Positions 1 to 8,928 of a stretch of DNA of 64,000 nucleotides are shown in pieces. The notes under the pieces were generated by a model that saw only the letters and a list, made by a program, of their open reading frames with translations, was not told the DNA's origin and ran no database searches. Where the stretch lies: contig NZ_SBIV01000003.1 in assembly GCF_004765795.1 (NCBI RefSeq), positions 1 to 64,000 of the forward strand. The letters run 5' to 3'. The translations under genes and the position numbers were made by a program. Every line of letters begins with the position of its first letter. Position 1 is the first letter of the stretch. Source of the DNA: Halorussus marinus (lineage in GTDB: Archaea > Halobacteriota > Halobacteria > Halobacteriales > Haladaptataceae).

Positions 1-50
1 CTTTGAGCAACCGGTACAACCTCCCCGATGAAGCGGGAGATTTGCGTCAT
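1..50 (-). CDS. IS5-family transposase, N-terminus (runs off window)
   Basis: ATG at 50 gives MTQISRFIGEVVPVAQ, the typical N-terminus of haloarchaeal IS5 transposases; not in ORF track. Confidence 0.75.
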   Translation of the reverse strand, partial: MTQISRFIGEVVPVAQ

Positions 51-128
51 GGTCAACGGAACTCTCCCGCTTCAACTCCTTTGATTTAGCGGCCTACCTC
101 TCTGCCGTATGGCGATTCAACACAGCCT
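1..128 (-). mobile_element. Left end of an IS5-family (ISH9/ISH28-like) insertion sequence
   Basis: Minus strand reads (A)GGCTGTGTTGAAT at ~128-115, resembling haloarchaeal IS5 terminal repeats, followed by a transposase start at 50. Confidence 0.75.
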
Positions 129-482
129 ATACAGCCTGATTGATCCAAGTCCGTTCGAGGGTTTCAGGCTTGAATAGAACACCAGCAAATCGCCATTTGA
201 CAGTTTTCGTAACGACTGCCGTTTCTTTTTCCCTACCTCGCCATATGTGTACGTCTCAAACTCGGGGTCATAGTGTAGCGTGGTGATTCCATCTCGTGTC
301 GTATGCTCAGACGCAGTTGACCCTATTCTACTCGAAAACGAATCGTACGTTGTTTCCTCTGTAGTATCCGCATCTTCGGGAATCGGGATGTAGTCAAAAC
401 GCCCATCGCTGTTTATCGGACTATGGCCACCACCACCAATCTCCCCAGAATCCAGCCCTACTCGAATCAGATATCCTGACAT
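117..482 (-). pseudogene. Nmad3-like (nucleotide modification associated domain 3) protein, truncated by IS5
   Basis: RVGLDSG..GG..SPINSDGRFDYIPIPE, HYDPEF..YTYG, GDLLVFYSSL motifs; ORF ends inside the IS terminus. Confidence 0.65.
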
Positions 483-613
483 TATCGCAACCAGTGTCCC
501 AACGGAGTAAATAGGTTCACCAAACCAGGCTGGCTGCCACCAGAACCAGTCAGGGTCGAGGGCCGTGTGGTTTCGTATCTTCCCTGCTGAGGCTTCGAAT
601 TACTCTGAGGATG

Positions 614-1420
614 TTATTGAGCCGCTGCATGTGTTTCGAGTCCAGCCGCGATACGTTCCATGTATTCCTCGTGGGTGATCTGTGCGCCGCGAAACTGCGG
701 GCTCATGTGTCCGCAGGGAAGGATTGGGACGTCGTGTTCGCGTGTTGCGCGGTGGAGTGTCCCGTGAACTTCGGTGATTGAGGACGGGTCGTCGAGATCA
801 CCGATGGGGTCTGCTTGGAGGTGTGTCTGGACGGCGTCCCAAGCTCGGCTGCCGAAGGTGAAGATCAAGTCGGGGTTGATGTATTCTAATTCGCGGATGA
901 GACAGAGGCGGACTGAGGCATCGAGGGCTGCTTTGGAGGGGCTGTTTTCGCGGTACTTCACCACGTCAGTCATGTAGAAATCATCGAAAAAGGATCCGGA
1001 GAGCAGATACTGCCACCATGGCTCGTCCACATCGATCAACCCGTGTTCTTGGCACTGTTGGATGAACTCCGAGGTAAAGTCTGTGTAGCGTTTCTTCGCT
1101 AACCATCGAGCGCCGAAGCGCTGGTCAACGTGTACCTTTTCTCTGTAGTTATCGGTGTCGAGGTCGGCGTAGGCGTTTGCCTCGAAGACGACGTGCTCTC
1201 CTGGCACGCCGGGGTCAGCGAGTAAGAAGACGTAGGAAGGGTTGTTTTGCTCCCAATCGTGGTAGTAGGCGTAGGTGAGTTTTTCGAGAACCTGTTCGGG
1301 AACATCGACCATGTGGTGGTCATTCAAGCGGTCGCGGACGCGGTCGTAAGCACGTTGCTGAGTCTCTTGGAGATACCTGGATTCGGGATGTTCGATGTGC
1401 TCAACAAACTCTGAATTCAT
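614..1420 (-). CDS. Uracil-DNA glycosylase superfamily protein
   Basis: LADPG motif, YMTDVVKY, LIRELEYINPDLIFTFGSRAW and C-terminal HMSP. Confidence 0.75.
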   Translation of the reverse strand: MNSEFVEHIEHPESRYLQETQQRAYDRVRDRLNDHHMVDVPEQVLEKLTYAYYHDWEQNNPSYVFLLADPGVPGEHVVFEANAYADLDTDNYREKVHVDQRFGARWLAKKRYTDFTSEFIQQCQEHGLIDVDEPWWQYLLSGSFFDDFYMTDVVKYRENSPSKAALDASVRLCLIRELEYINPDLIFTFGSRAWDAVQTHLQADPIGDLDDPSSITEVHGTLHRATREHDVPILPCGHMSPQFRGAQITHEEYMERIAAGLETHAAAQ

Positions 1421-1581
1421 GTTGTAGGGCCATTGAGCTACGTCGGACTTAGTTGTTCCAACGAGGATAGCGACCAGTCGGATTGTTTCCGGGAAGCCCT
1501 CGACATCGGATATTTACGGGAAATGCCGCGAGTTCCTCACACAATCACTGCGGGGATACACGAAGATCTTACTGGCGATTA

Positions 1582-2088
1582 TTACTCGTCGTCGTACTCG
1601 ACGGTGACGATGTGTGGTTCGACGCCTGGTCCGTGTCTGTACTCGTGGATGTCGACCTCTGTTTTCAGATGATGCCGGACGGCGCTCTCCCAGTGTTCAA
1701 GATGGACTTCCCAGCACTCGTCGAGTGCTTCGTCGCTCACGTCTGCGACGTCGTCTACGCCGTCGACGTCCTTCGCGGCCTCGTGAACTTGCCACTGTTC
1801 TGGGTGCGCGGTCTCTTCAGCTGCATCATCCTCGATGAACTGTTCCGGTTCGAGAGTGAGTGGGGCTGTCTTTGGGTTTGGCCAGTAGGTTCCTTCCTGG
1901 TGGACGTGGGTGCTGGCGGTAACGCGACCCTCCAGTGGTCGGTTGAATCGGAGTTTGTGGGTTCGACGAGTGTGGGCGTCGCGTGCGTTGCGTCGCATCG
2001 CGTTGAGGATGTCGTCGGGATCAACGACGAGGATGACGCTATCATCTGTGTCGGTGCTCGTGTCGGTGGAATTCTGTGTTCCCGTCAT
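1582..2088 (-). CDS. Hypothetical acidic protein
   Basis: Open frame with haloarchaeal D/E bias; ATG at 2088 preferred. Confidence 0.6.
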   Translation of the reverse strand: MTGTQNSTDTSTDTDDSVILVVDPDDILNAMRRNARDAHTRRTHKLRFNRPLEGRVTASTHVHQEGTYWPNPKTAPLTLEPEQFIEDDAAEETAHPEQWQVHEAAKDVDGVDDVADVSDEALDECWEVHLEHWESAVRHHLKTEVDIHEYRHGPGVEPHIVTVEYDDE

Positions 2089-2401
2089 GGTCGAACAGCA
2101 CACAATTTCTCACCTGGTTTCGGATAAACCCTGGCCACAATACTCCCTCAGAAGATATTATGCGACCTATTGGCTCTTCTAAAGCCGTTTCACTATGGTG
2201 TAGGAGGTTCGCTGTCACGCGGTTACGAATGTTTCATCGCGGAGTTCTACGAGGGCGAGAATGACCCGAGTGCGAGTGTGGTCGCTAGGGTGCGGTTCGG
2301 AGCCTCGACGTTCCTTGATCGCTGGCTTGCAACTCTCGGGGAGGCTGATGAACTCAACTCACCGGTAGAGAAGCGTCTGTTTCGTGTTGGTGTCGGATGC
2401 A

Positions 2402-2512
2402 GATTTAGAGTCTATGTATGCTGAGCGGTTGTAGAGGCGACTTTGGTCAGAACTCTTCTCAACGAGTACCTTTATTCCGAGGGCGGATTTAGAGTCTATG
2501 TACGCTGAGCGG
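2402..2512 (+). repeat. 27-bp direct repeat pair GATTTAGAGTCTATGTA(T/C)GCTGAGCGG upstream of abiEi
   Basis: Copies at 2402-2428 and 2486-2512, one mismatch. Confidence 0.9.
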
Positions 2513-2514
2513 CT

Positions 2515-3348
2515 ATGGACTCAACAAACGGCGAAGAGACTCAACGAAAGAGCCTGGCGACACGTGAGTCGCAGGCACTGTCACGGCTTGCAAGCGAGAA
2601 CCGGCAGGTCATCACTATTAGTGACATCGCGGATGTCCTCGACATTCCGCGGAAGTCGGCCAAGGACATGGCGTATGCCCTCAAGGAGAAAGGCTGGCTA
2701 GAGCGGATCGCCCACGGGAAGTACCTCATCCTGCCGCTCGCTGCGGGCGAGAACGCCGTGTATACCGAACACGAGTTCGTCATCGCATCAGCACTCGTAG
2801 ACCCGATGTACATCGGGTACTGGAGCGCGCTGAACCATCACGGGCTGACGGAGCAGCTGTCTCGAACGGTGTACATCGTGACGACAGAGCGCGCCCAAGA
2901 GCGGGAAATCCACGGGGTAACGTATCGACCCGTGACCGTCACTGAGCAGAAGTTCTTCGGCTATCACCCGACGGCAGTCGGGTCAAACCAGGTGAACATA
3001 GCGAGCATCGAGAAAACCCTGGTCGATTGCGCCGACCACCCCGAGTTCTGCGGGGGTATCAGCGAGCTTGCGAAGGCGATGCAGAATGCTGTCGACACGC
3101 AATGTTCGTGGGAGCGAGTCGTCGAGTACCTGCGGCGAGTTGGGAACGGTGCCGCAACGAAACGACTCGTGTATCTCGCCGACCAGTTGGATATTTCTCT
3201 GCCAGGGTACGAGGACCTCGTCGAGAACTTCACAACTGGCTACCCACTGCTAGATCCGACGAGAGAAGCGAAGGGTACCCGCGACAGCACGTATCAACTC
3301 CGTCTGAACGTCGCCCCCGAATCGTTCCTCCCGGAGGACTTCTCATGA
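2515..3348 (+). CDS. abiEi: Type IV TA system AbiEi-family antitoxin / transcriptional regulator
   Basis: N-terminal wHTH (LKEKGWLERIAHGKY), YIGYWSALNHHGLTEQ, EKTLVDC; stop overlaps abiEii start (ATGA). Confidence 0.88.
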   Translation: MDSTNGEETQRKSLATRESQALSRLASENRQVITISDIADVLDIPRKSAKDMAYALKEKGWLERIAHGKYLILPLAAGENAVYTEHEFVIASALVDPMYIGYWSALNHHGLTEQLSRTVYIVTTERAQEREIHGVTYRPVTVTEQKFFGYHPTAVGSNQVNIASIEKTLVDCADHPEFCGGISELAKAMQNAVDTQCSWERVVEYLRRVGNGAATKRLVYLADQLDISLPGYEDLVENFTTGYPLLDPTREAKGTRDSTYQLRLNVAPESFLPEDFS

Positions 3349-4151
3349 TCTCTGAAGCGCAACTTCGACGGCAGGCCAGAGAGTTAGATGTTCGCCTCGG
3401 CTACGCGGAGAAGAACTACGTCAATTCGTGGATCCTCTGGGCAATCTACACGAGTTCGTACGGTGACAACCTGCTGTTCAAGGGCGGCACTGCACTCAGC
3501 AAGTTGTACTTCCCGGAGACGTGGCGCTACTCGGAAGACCTCGATTTCGGTGTCGAGGGAGCGTACCAGGGGAGCGAAGCCGAGTTGCAAAGCACATTGG
3601 ACGACGCGACCAGAGCCTCTGGTATCGACTTCGAGGTAACCAAACACCGCGAACTACAGAAAGAAGCGTACCCGACGCACTACGTCGATATCGACATCCA
3701 GTACACCGCTGTGCTCGGTCACAAGAACACAACGAGTCTCGACGTCATGATCGACGAATACGTGGCGTTTGACCCAGTGACTCATCACCACCGCTACGAA
3801 GACGTCCCAGAATTCGAGTTGACCGCGTACAGCTTGGAGGAGATCTTCGCGGAGAAGTTGCGAGCACTCTATCAGCGGTCACAGGCTCGTGACTACTACG
3901 ACCTCTATCGAATGATTACGGAGGCTAACATTGATGATTCGGTTATCATTCCGGCATTCAGGCGGAAGTGCGACCACGACGGGCTAGACATCAACCTTCG
4001 GGACGGGCTTCCTGGAGAGAAACGGGACGAGATTCGTGACGGTTGGCAGAATACGCTTCCTGATTTGGTTGCAGACCTACCCGAGTTCGGCACCGTGTAT
4101 GACACACTCGAAGACTACGTCGATTCGCTAATAGACGAGCAGCAACGCTAG
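3345..4151 (+). CDS. abiEii: AbiEii/AbiGii-family nucleotidyltransferase toxin
   Basis: LLFKGGTALSK, RYSEDLDF, EIFAEKLRAL, ARDYYDL; true start MISEAQ at 3345. Confidence 0.9.
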   Translation: MISEAQLRRQARELDVRLGYAEKNYVNSWILWAIYTSSYGDNLLFKGGTALSKLYFPETWRYSEDLDFGVEGAYQGSEAELQSTLDDATRASGIDFEVTKHRELQKEAYPTHYVDIDIQYTAVLGHKNTTSLDVMIDEYVAFDPVTHHHRYEDVPEFELTAYSLEEIFAEKLRALYQRSQARDYYDLYRMITEANIDDSVIIPAFRRKCDHDGLDINLRDGLPGEKRDEIRDGWQNTLPDLVADLPEFGTVYDTLEDYVDSLIDEQQR

Positions 4152-4221
4152 TTCTGGAAGTGGACAACGGCAGAACCGAGTGCCCGGGTGCGTTGGCTTT
4201 CGGTCACATCGTACCGTTCTG

Positions 4222-4602
4222 CTATGCTATTGCGCCGGTGTCTTCGGCGATAACCATTCCAGCTTCGCAAACAGGGCATTGTTCGTCGACGAGTTCATCG
4301 ATGGTCTTGACTGCGTTCGACTGGCACTCCGGACACGCTTTCTCATCCCTATCCAAGTCTAGGTCCACTTGCGTTTCACAGTGGATGCAGAAGCAGTACG
4401 TGTTGAACCCGGTGCGACGGTCGATCTCTTCCTGTGATGCGTCCTCGCCGATCACTTCTCTCGCTCGCCCCATTTCCCCGGGATGTGGACAGTGGACGCG
4501 TTCGCCGTCATCCGCTACCGCGTACATGTAGTACCCCCAGCCGGACGGCATCTTAAAGTCACAGTCCGGATTCGTACAGTAGAAGTCGAATATCTGGGGC
4601 AT
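4222..4602 (-). CDS. Small multi-CxxC zinc-ribbon protein
   Basis: CTNPDC, CIHC, CPEC, CPVC motifs; acidic. Confidence 0.7.
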   Translation of the reverse strand: MPQIFDFYCTNPDCDFKMPSGWGYYMYAVADDGERVHCPHPGEMGRAREVIGEDASQEEIDRRTGFNTYCFCIHCETQVDLDLDRDEKACPECQSNAVKTIDELVDEQCPVCEAGMVIAEDTGAIA

Positions 4603-4881
4603 CGATGCGGTGCTACACCGGCACGCCGGTAATCAGTTTCCCCAACGCCGAGCCATCTTCAGTTGGACCGTATTCTGCAGAACGCGCACCAGGCTCCCGC
4701 ACTGTGGTCCCCCGTTTGAGGCTGTGCAGTTCACTATTTTGCCAGCACAGAGTGGCACAGTTTCCACGGTGATTGATTTCCAGATTGGCGGGGTTTAATC
4801 CCCTGCTCGGCAAGTGTACGAACTAATTCGTCGAGCAACCCTGGGAACTTTGATACATGTGTTCGATTGCGTTCGATACGG

Positions 4882-5274
4882 ATGTTTGAGATACTGGACG
4901 CGACAGAGGATGATCTCGTTGCCGTACGTGTCGGGGGTGGTACTGCGGACGGATACGAGGAATTCTATTCACTACTCATTGAGCGAACGAAGCAACACGG
5001 GTCAATCCGAGTGTATGAGGAAGTCCCCGACTGGACAGCAACGACGTATCTCACCCATCTGCACGGGGTTCTTCCAGACCTTCGATACGGGCCCAAGTTC
5101 GACATCCGTTCTTACGCGTGCGTCGGAGACTCGTTCTGGGCGAAATTACTCTTTCACCAGTGGCGAGCTATTCGGCCAGTCTGGCCAGTTGCTCCCGACC
5201 AGATGCGATACTTCCAACTAGACAACCGCGACGAGGCCATACAATGGATCCGTAACGTCTCACCCCGCCCGTAG
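4882..5274 (+). CDS. STAS/SEC14 (SpoIIAA-like) domain protein
   Basis: LVAVRVGG..., HGSIRVYEEV, YACVGDSFW, RYFQLDNRDEAIQWI pattern. Confidence 0.7.
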   Translation: MFEILDATEDDLVAVRVGGGTADGYEEFYSLLIERTKQHGSIRVYEEVPDWTATTYLTHLHGVLPDLRYGPKFDIRSYACVGDSFWAKLLFHQWRAIRPVWPVAPDQMRYFQLDNRDEAIQWIRNVSPRP

Positions 5275-5348
5275 CACTACGATTCTCAGCTGTATTATGC
5301 GGATTGTGGAGACGAAGAACAGGTGAGTGAACTGTTCATGACTCTCTA

Positions 5349-6386
5349 TCAATAAGTTGCATCGAGGATGGTGAGGTCGCGTTCCAGCTGCGGCTCGATT
5401 TTTGGGCTTCGACAGTCGATATCGAGCTGTTCATGTTGCCAGTGACGTCCGTCTTTTCCGTTCCAAACACCGTAGATGGTGACCTTCGGGAGTTGAATCA
5501 CTCCGAACAGGATTGCGAGGTAGTAGAGTAGTTCGGCTGCTTGCGTCCACGAGCCCGTTGATTTTCGCGGAATGTCGATAGGGTACTCAACGTGCTGGGC
5601 CGGCACGCCGGCATCGATGCTCCTGTCGATGAATCCGTAATCATTGCTGAACAGCACTGCTTGCTTTCGACTGTTCTGATTGAATTCTTGGTACGCGGAA
5701 ATGATCGCTTCATCACCGGTGTCACACTCGATAATATCGACTGTCCGGTCAGTCCGTAGGCGACGATACTCGTAGAGCCCGAGGAACCCTTCCCGATTGG
5801 AGCCGGCTGGCTGGTTATCGAGCCGAGCGAATTCGTCGCCGAAGGCTTCGGTCAACTCGTGTGTATTGTACTGCTTGAAGTGCCAATCCAGTTCTTCCTT
5901 GACGCCGGTTGCGAGTGCGTATCCATTAGTTGGGCGGCGGTCTCGTTCGTCAGTATCGCCCGTCTCACTATCGAATCCAAGCGCTTCAGGCAGCCGCCAC
6001 GGCATAATATTCGCATCAAGCCCAACGACAACAGGGTCGTTGCCGGCTTCGAGATCTGCATACCCGTACCGCCGAATGAAATCTTGGACGTCGTCGTGGT
6101 TTGCTGGCGTTACGTGGCCGCTTCCGACCGCCGCGCGAGTGTACGTTTCTGCATCTGGCAGGTCATTGAAGGCAGGTTCACCGTACTTCGCTGGAATCGT
6201 GTCACGGTTATCCTGATACGTCATCGTTCCTTGCGTAAACCGTACCGTAGCCCGGCCATCGTCCTCTAAGGTGATCTGAACTAACTCACCGATATCTGTA
6301 CACGGATGCTTCACAGAGACTGATTCGACGCCTTGGTCGTATAGCGCGTTCAACAGCACTACCAATCGCCGACGCTCAATCTCCAT
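5349..6386 (-). CDS. PIN-domain ribonuclease with extra N- and C-terminal regions
   Basis: VVGLDAN, GVKEEL, GDEAII, LFSNDYGF acidic PIN catalytic set. Confidence 0.8.
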   Translation of the reverse strand: MEIERRRLVVLLNALYDQGVESVSVKHPCTDIGELVQITLEDDGRATVRFTQGTMTYQDNRDTIPAKYGEPAFNDLPDAETYTRAAVGSGHVTPANHDDVQDFIRRYGYADLEAGNDPVVVGLDANIMPWRLPEALGFDSETGDTDERDRRPTNGYALATGVKEELDWHFKQYNTHELTEAFGDEFARLDNQPAGSNREGFLGLYEYRRLRTDRTVDIIECDTGDEAIISAYQEFNQNSRKQAVLFSNDYGFIDRSIDAGVPAQHVEYPIDIPRKSTGSWTQAAELLYYLAILFGVIQLPKVTIYGVWNGKDGRHWQHEQLDIDCRSPKIEPQLERDLTILDATY

Positions 6387-6856
6387 TACAGAACCTCCTT
6401 AAAATCGATCAAATCAGTTGCTGTCCGTGGGATTTCGGCATAGTACTGCCCGTAATACCCCCCTGCTTTCCGGTGGAAATAGAAGATGTGGTCGGCGTCA
6501 AACTTGAACCCCGCTTGGAACGCAATCGCGGACATAAACTTTCGACCCGGCGTTACGTCCACAGCAACCGTGTCTTCCTGATCCAGAGCGGCTTCGATAG
6601 TAGATCGATAGAAATCAATGATGCCGGGGAAGTCAGTCTCCTGTTCCAACTCGTGTACTGAGACATCAGCATCTCCGCCATACGCATCGATGATTACCTC
6701 GAACCGGTCAGTAGCCTCGGCAACGTAATCAGCGACGCCGGGATTCGATAGAACCCAGACCTCGTCCGGCACATACCCTTGATCACAGGCAGCAGTCAAC
6801 GGGTTCAGAATCCCCGGCATCGTCGGGGTGCCGTTAGTCATCCAGACGTTAACCAT
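6386..6856 (-). CDS. Stand-alone CARF-domain protein
   Basis: N-terminal strand + GTP (TNGTPT), PDEVWVL, VAVDVTPGRKFMS CARF motif II; stop overlaps PIN start. Confidence 0.72.
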   Translation of the reverse strand: MVNVWMTNGTPTMPGILNPLTAACDQGYVPDEVWVLSNPGVADYVAEATDRFEVIIDAYGGDADVSVHELEQETDFPGIIDFYRSTIEAALDQEDTVAVDVTPGRKFMSAIAFQAGFKFDADHIFYFHRKAGGYYGQYYAEIPRTATDLIDFKEVL

Positions 6857-6983
6857 TAGCCTACGAGAGTCACTCTGGTTTCAATAGTGTTCTCCCACTT
6901 GAGAGGACACTCTTGATTGTTGGTCTCCTCCTCCCTGCTTAGTGTCTCAACGGCTTTTGGTGTTCAACAACCAACGGACGAGC

Positions 6984-7325
6984 ATGTCCTCACATAATAT
7001 CGAACCCGAGTGGACAGTAGAATGGGCGACACCATCACCGAACGGTGACGAATACCTTGACAACTTGGTCTTGAGCCGTGACCAAGCAATCGAATACGGA
7101 GACGAGCTGGTGATGTCGCTTCGAGTGGATGGTAGAATGCTGCGAGAACGAGAACTTGACCCTAGAGAACCATTTATCTGGAAAATCGAGGATGGTGAGC
7201 TATTGACGGAGCAAATATCTCGTAGAGCATTCGAAGAGGTAGCGAAGAGTGACCGAGATGATGCTCTCTACGCACAACAAGTGCTGAGGTCTCGGGCTGA
7301 AAGGAGATTGAACCGGTCACGGTAA
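6984..7325 (+). CDS. Hypothetical protein, possibly AbrB/MazE-like fold
   Basis: Acidic ORF; SLRVDGRMLRERELDPREPFIWKIEDGELL loosely resembles a swapped-hairpin DNA-binding domain. Confidence 0.45.
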   Translation: MSSHNIEPEWTVEWATPSPNGDEYLDNLVLSRDQAIEYGDELVMSLRVDGRMLRERELDPREPFIWKIEDGELLTEQISRRAFEEVAKSDRDDALYAQQVLRSRAERRLNRSR

Positions 7326-7888
7326 TAATCAAGATTAGATAGAAAATAGTACAAATCTCAGCTATTGCCGCCGCCGATACATGATAAAGAAGTGACTGTA
7401 TCTGCCGTTGCGTACAAGAAGAAATAATGGAAAAATCGCGGGACGGCTCCATTCTGGTTAGTCATATTCCGATAATATGGATGAATACAGAACCGAATCG
7501 CCCTACTCCCATACGGTGATTTTTGCAGATCTCTATATTATGGGTGACTGCGTAACCATCTGGTTTCGCGGGTCATCAAGATATAACAGATTGATACTAA
7601 TGTACCCAATATTCCAATTTCAACTTAGTCATCCCTATTGAGCTATGGTGGATGAGAATGCCATCTTCTCTGCTACACGACAGACCGATGAAGGACATTT
7701 GCAGAGCCGAACGACGCAGATGGTATTATGAGTCCTATGTTCCCGCTCTGAATAGATCGGATCGCGTTCAACCCACCGAGGCAACGCTATTAATGTCTCG
7801 CCTTCTTCAGAACTGGACGACCGTTTTGCACCTCAGAGACTTCTTCGTTGGTAGCAGGATCTAGCCGACATAACCCGGAGAAGAGGGA

Positions 7889-8683
7889 TTACAGGAACTC
7901 TTCCAACGCGTGATCCTCATCGCTCTCCTCGGACTCCACTTCTTCAGACTCGAACTCACCGGTGTCTGTCGCAACGGTTCGCTCAAGAGTATCAATACGG
8001 TTACTCAGATCGCTCATCTTCTCTAGCACCTTCTCGAAGTCCGACTGGTGGTCATTCTCGATGTCGAGCACTCCTTTCTGGGCCAAGTGTCGCTCGATAA
8101 CGTCATCGAAGTAGGGGTCCAGGTACTCCTCTTTCATGTAATCTGGATCTTCCCAGCCGCCGAGGGCTGCGATGAATTCGATGTTAACCCCTTCTCTGTA
8201 GAATAGGTGAGTTGCGAAATACCGTCGGAAGTCGTGGAACGTCACTTCGAGGAAATCATCATCACCGGTTTTCTCCGCTGCTCGTTCCCGTGCGTCCACG
8301 ATATCGTTTTGGAGGGTTCCTTTGGATTTCGGATACAGAGGGGACGAAGGCCTGATGTTCTTCCGTTTGCTGTACCGTTCGAGTTCCTCTCGTAACGAGT
8401 TAGGAACCCAGGGTTTTCGCGGCTTCTTACTGTTCTCTTTTCGTGTCTCCTTTCCCCACACGCGCATAAAGGAAATCTCTACCCCAGGGCTTCGGGATTT
8501 CTGAATCTTATTGAGGGTCACCTCAAGTACCTCCTTTTTCCTCAGGGAGCATTCCGCACCGAGCCGGAACGCGATCTCCGCTCGATCACGTGATGCGCAT
8601 TCGACCATCGTCTCGTATTCATGCGGCTCCATGAAGACCCGATAGCCGTCTGAGTTGGAGTGTGGGACCAGCCGCATCCTCAC
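7889..8683 (-). CDS. Tyrosine recombinase (short, catalytic-domain type)
   Basis: R box (SLRKKE), VWGK, HDFRRYFAT, GGWED...EEYL catalytic Tyr; GTG start overlaps upstream stop. Confidence 0.88.
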   Translation of the reverse strand: MRMRLVPHSNSDGYRVFMEPHEYETMVECASRDRAEIAFRLGAECSLRKKEVLEVTLNKIQKSRSPGVEISFMRVWGKETRKENSKKPRKPWVPNSLREELERYSKRKNIRPSSPLYPKSKGTLQNDIVDARERAAEKTGDDDFLEVTFHDFRRYFATHLFYREGVNIEFIAALGGWEDPDYMKEEYLDPYFDDVIERHLAQKGVLDIENDHQSDFEKVLEKMSDLSNRIDTLERTVATDTGEFESEEVESEESDEDHALEEFL

Positions 8684-8886
8684 CGAACCTCTTCCAACTC
8701 CTTGATTCGCTCCAAGTCTTTCGTGAGCGATTCTACCGATGCGTCCTCCCCGTATTCGACGAATGCCGCTATCGCCAATGCTCGAACGAAATCGTTGTTG
8801 CTGTGTTTGATCAACCGTTCGAGTTGCTCCTTGTTTTCCCGCACGTACTCCCTCGGTGGAAGACTGCCGTCCTCGTATTCGGCCAT
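8680..8886 (-). CDS. Small helical protein translationally coupled to the recombinase
   Basis: 68-aa acidic ORF MAEYEDG..., GTGA overlap with recombinase. Confidence 0.65.
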   Translation of the reverse strand: MAEYEDGSLPPREYVRENKEQLERLIKHSNNDFVRALAIAAFVEYGEDASVESLTKDLERIKELEEVR

Positions 8887-8928
8887 ACCCGAAGTAGAAC
8901 AGAGAGGGTAAACTACGCGACGAGGATA

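Noticed and set aside
2170..2424. 84-aa ORF upstream of abiEi
   Set aside because: Weak start, no recognisable motif; at most a degraded remnant
2402..2512. Direct repeats as a mini-CRISPR array
   Set aside because: Only two copies, 57-nt spacer, no cas genes, second copy abuts a start codon
3027..3344. N-terminal extension of AbiEii in the ORF track (similar extensions for trpS, endA, ridA and the D-2-hydroxyacid dehydrogenase)
   Set aside because: Overlaps the upstream gene or is low-complexity; downstream ATG with coupling fits better
5349..6856. CARF gene as evidence of a CRISPR-Cas locus
   Set aside because: No array or cas genes in the window
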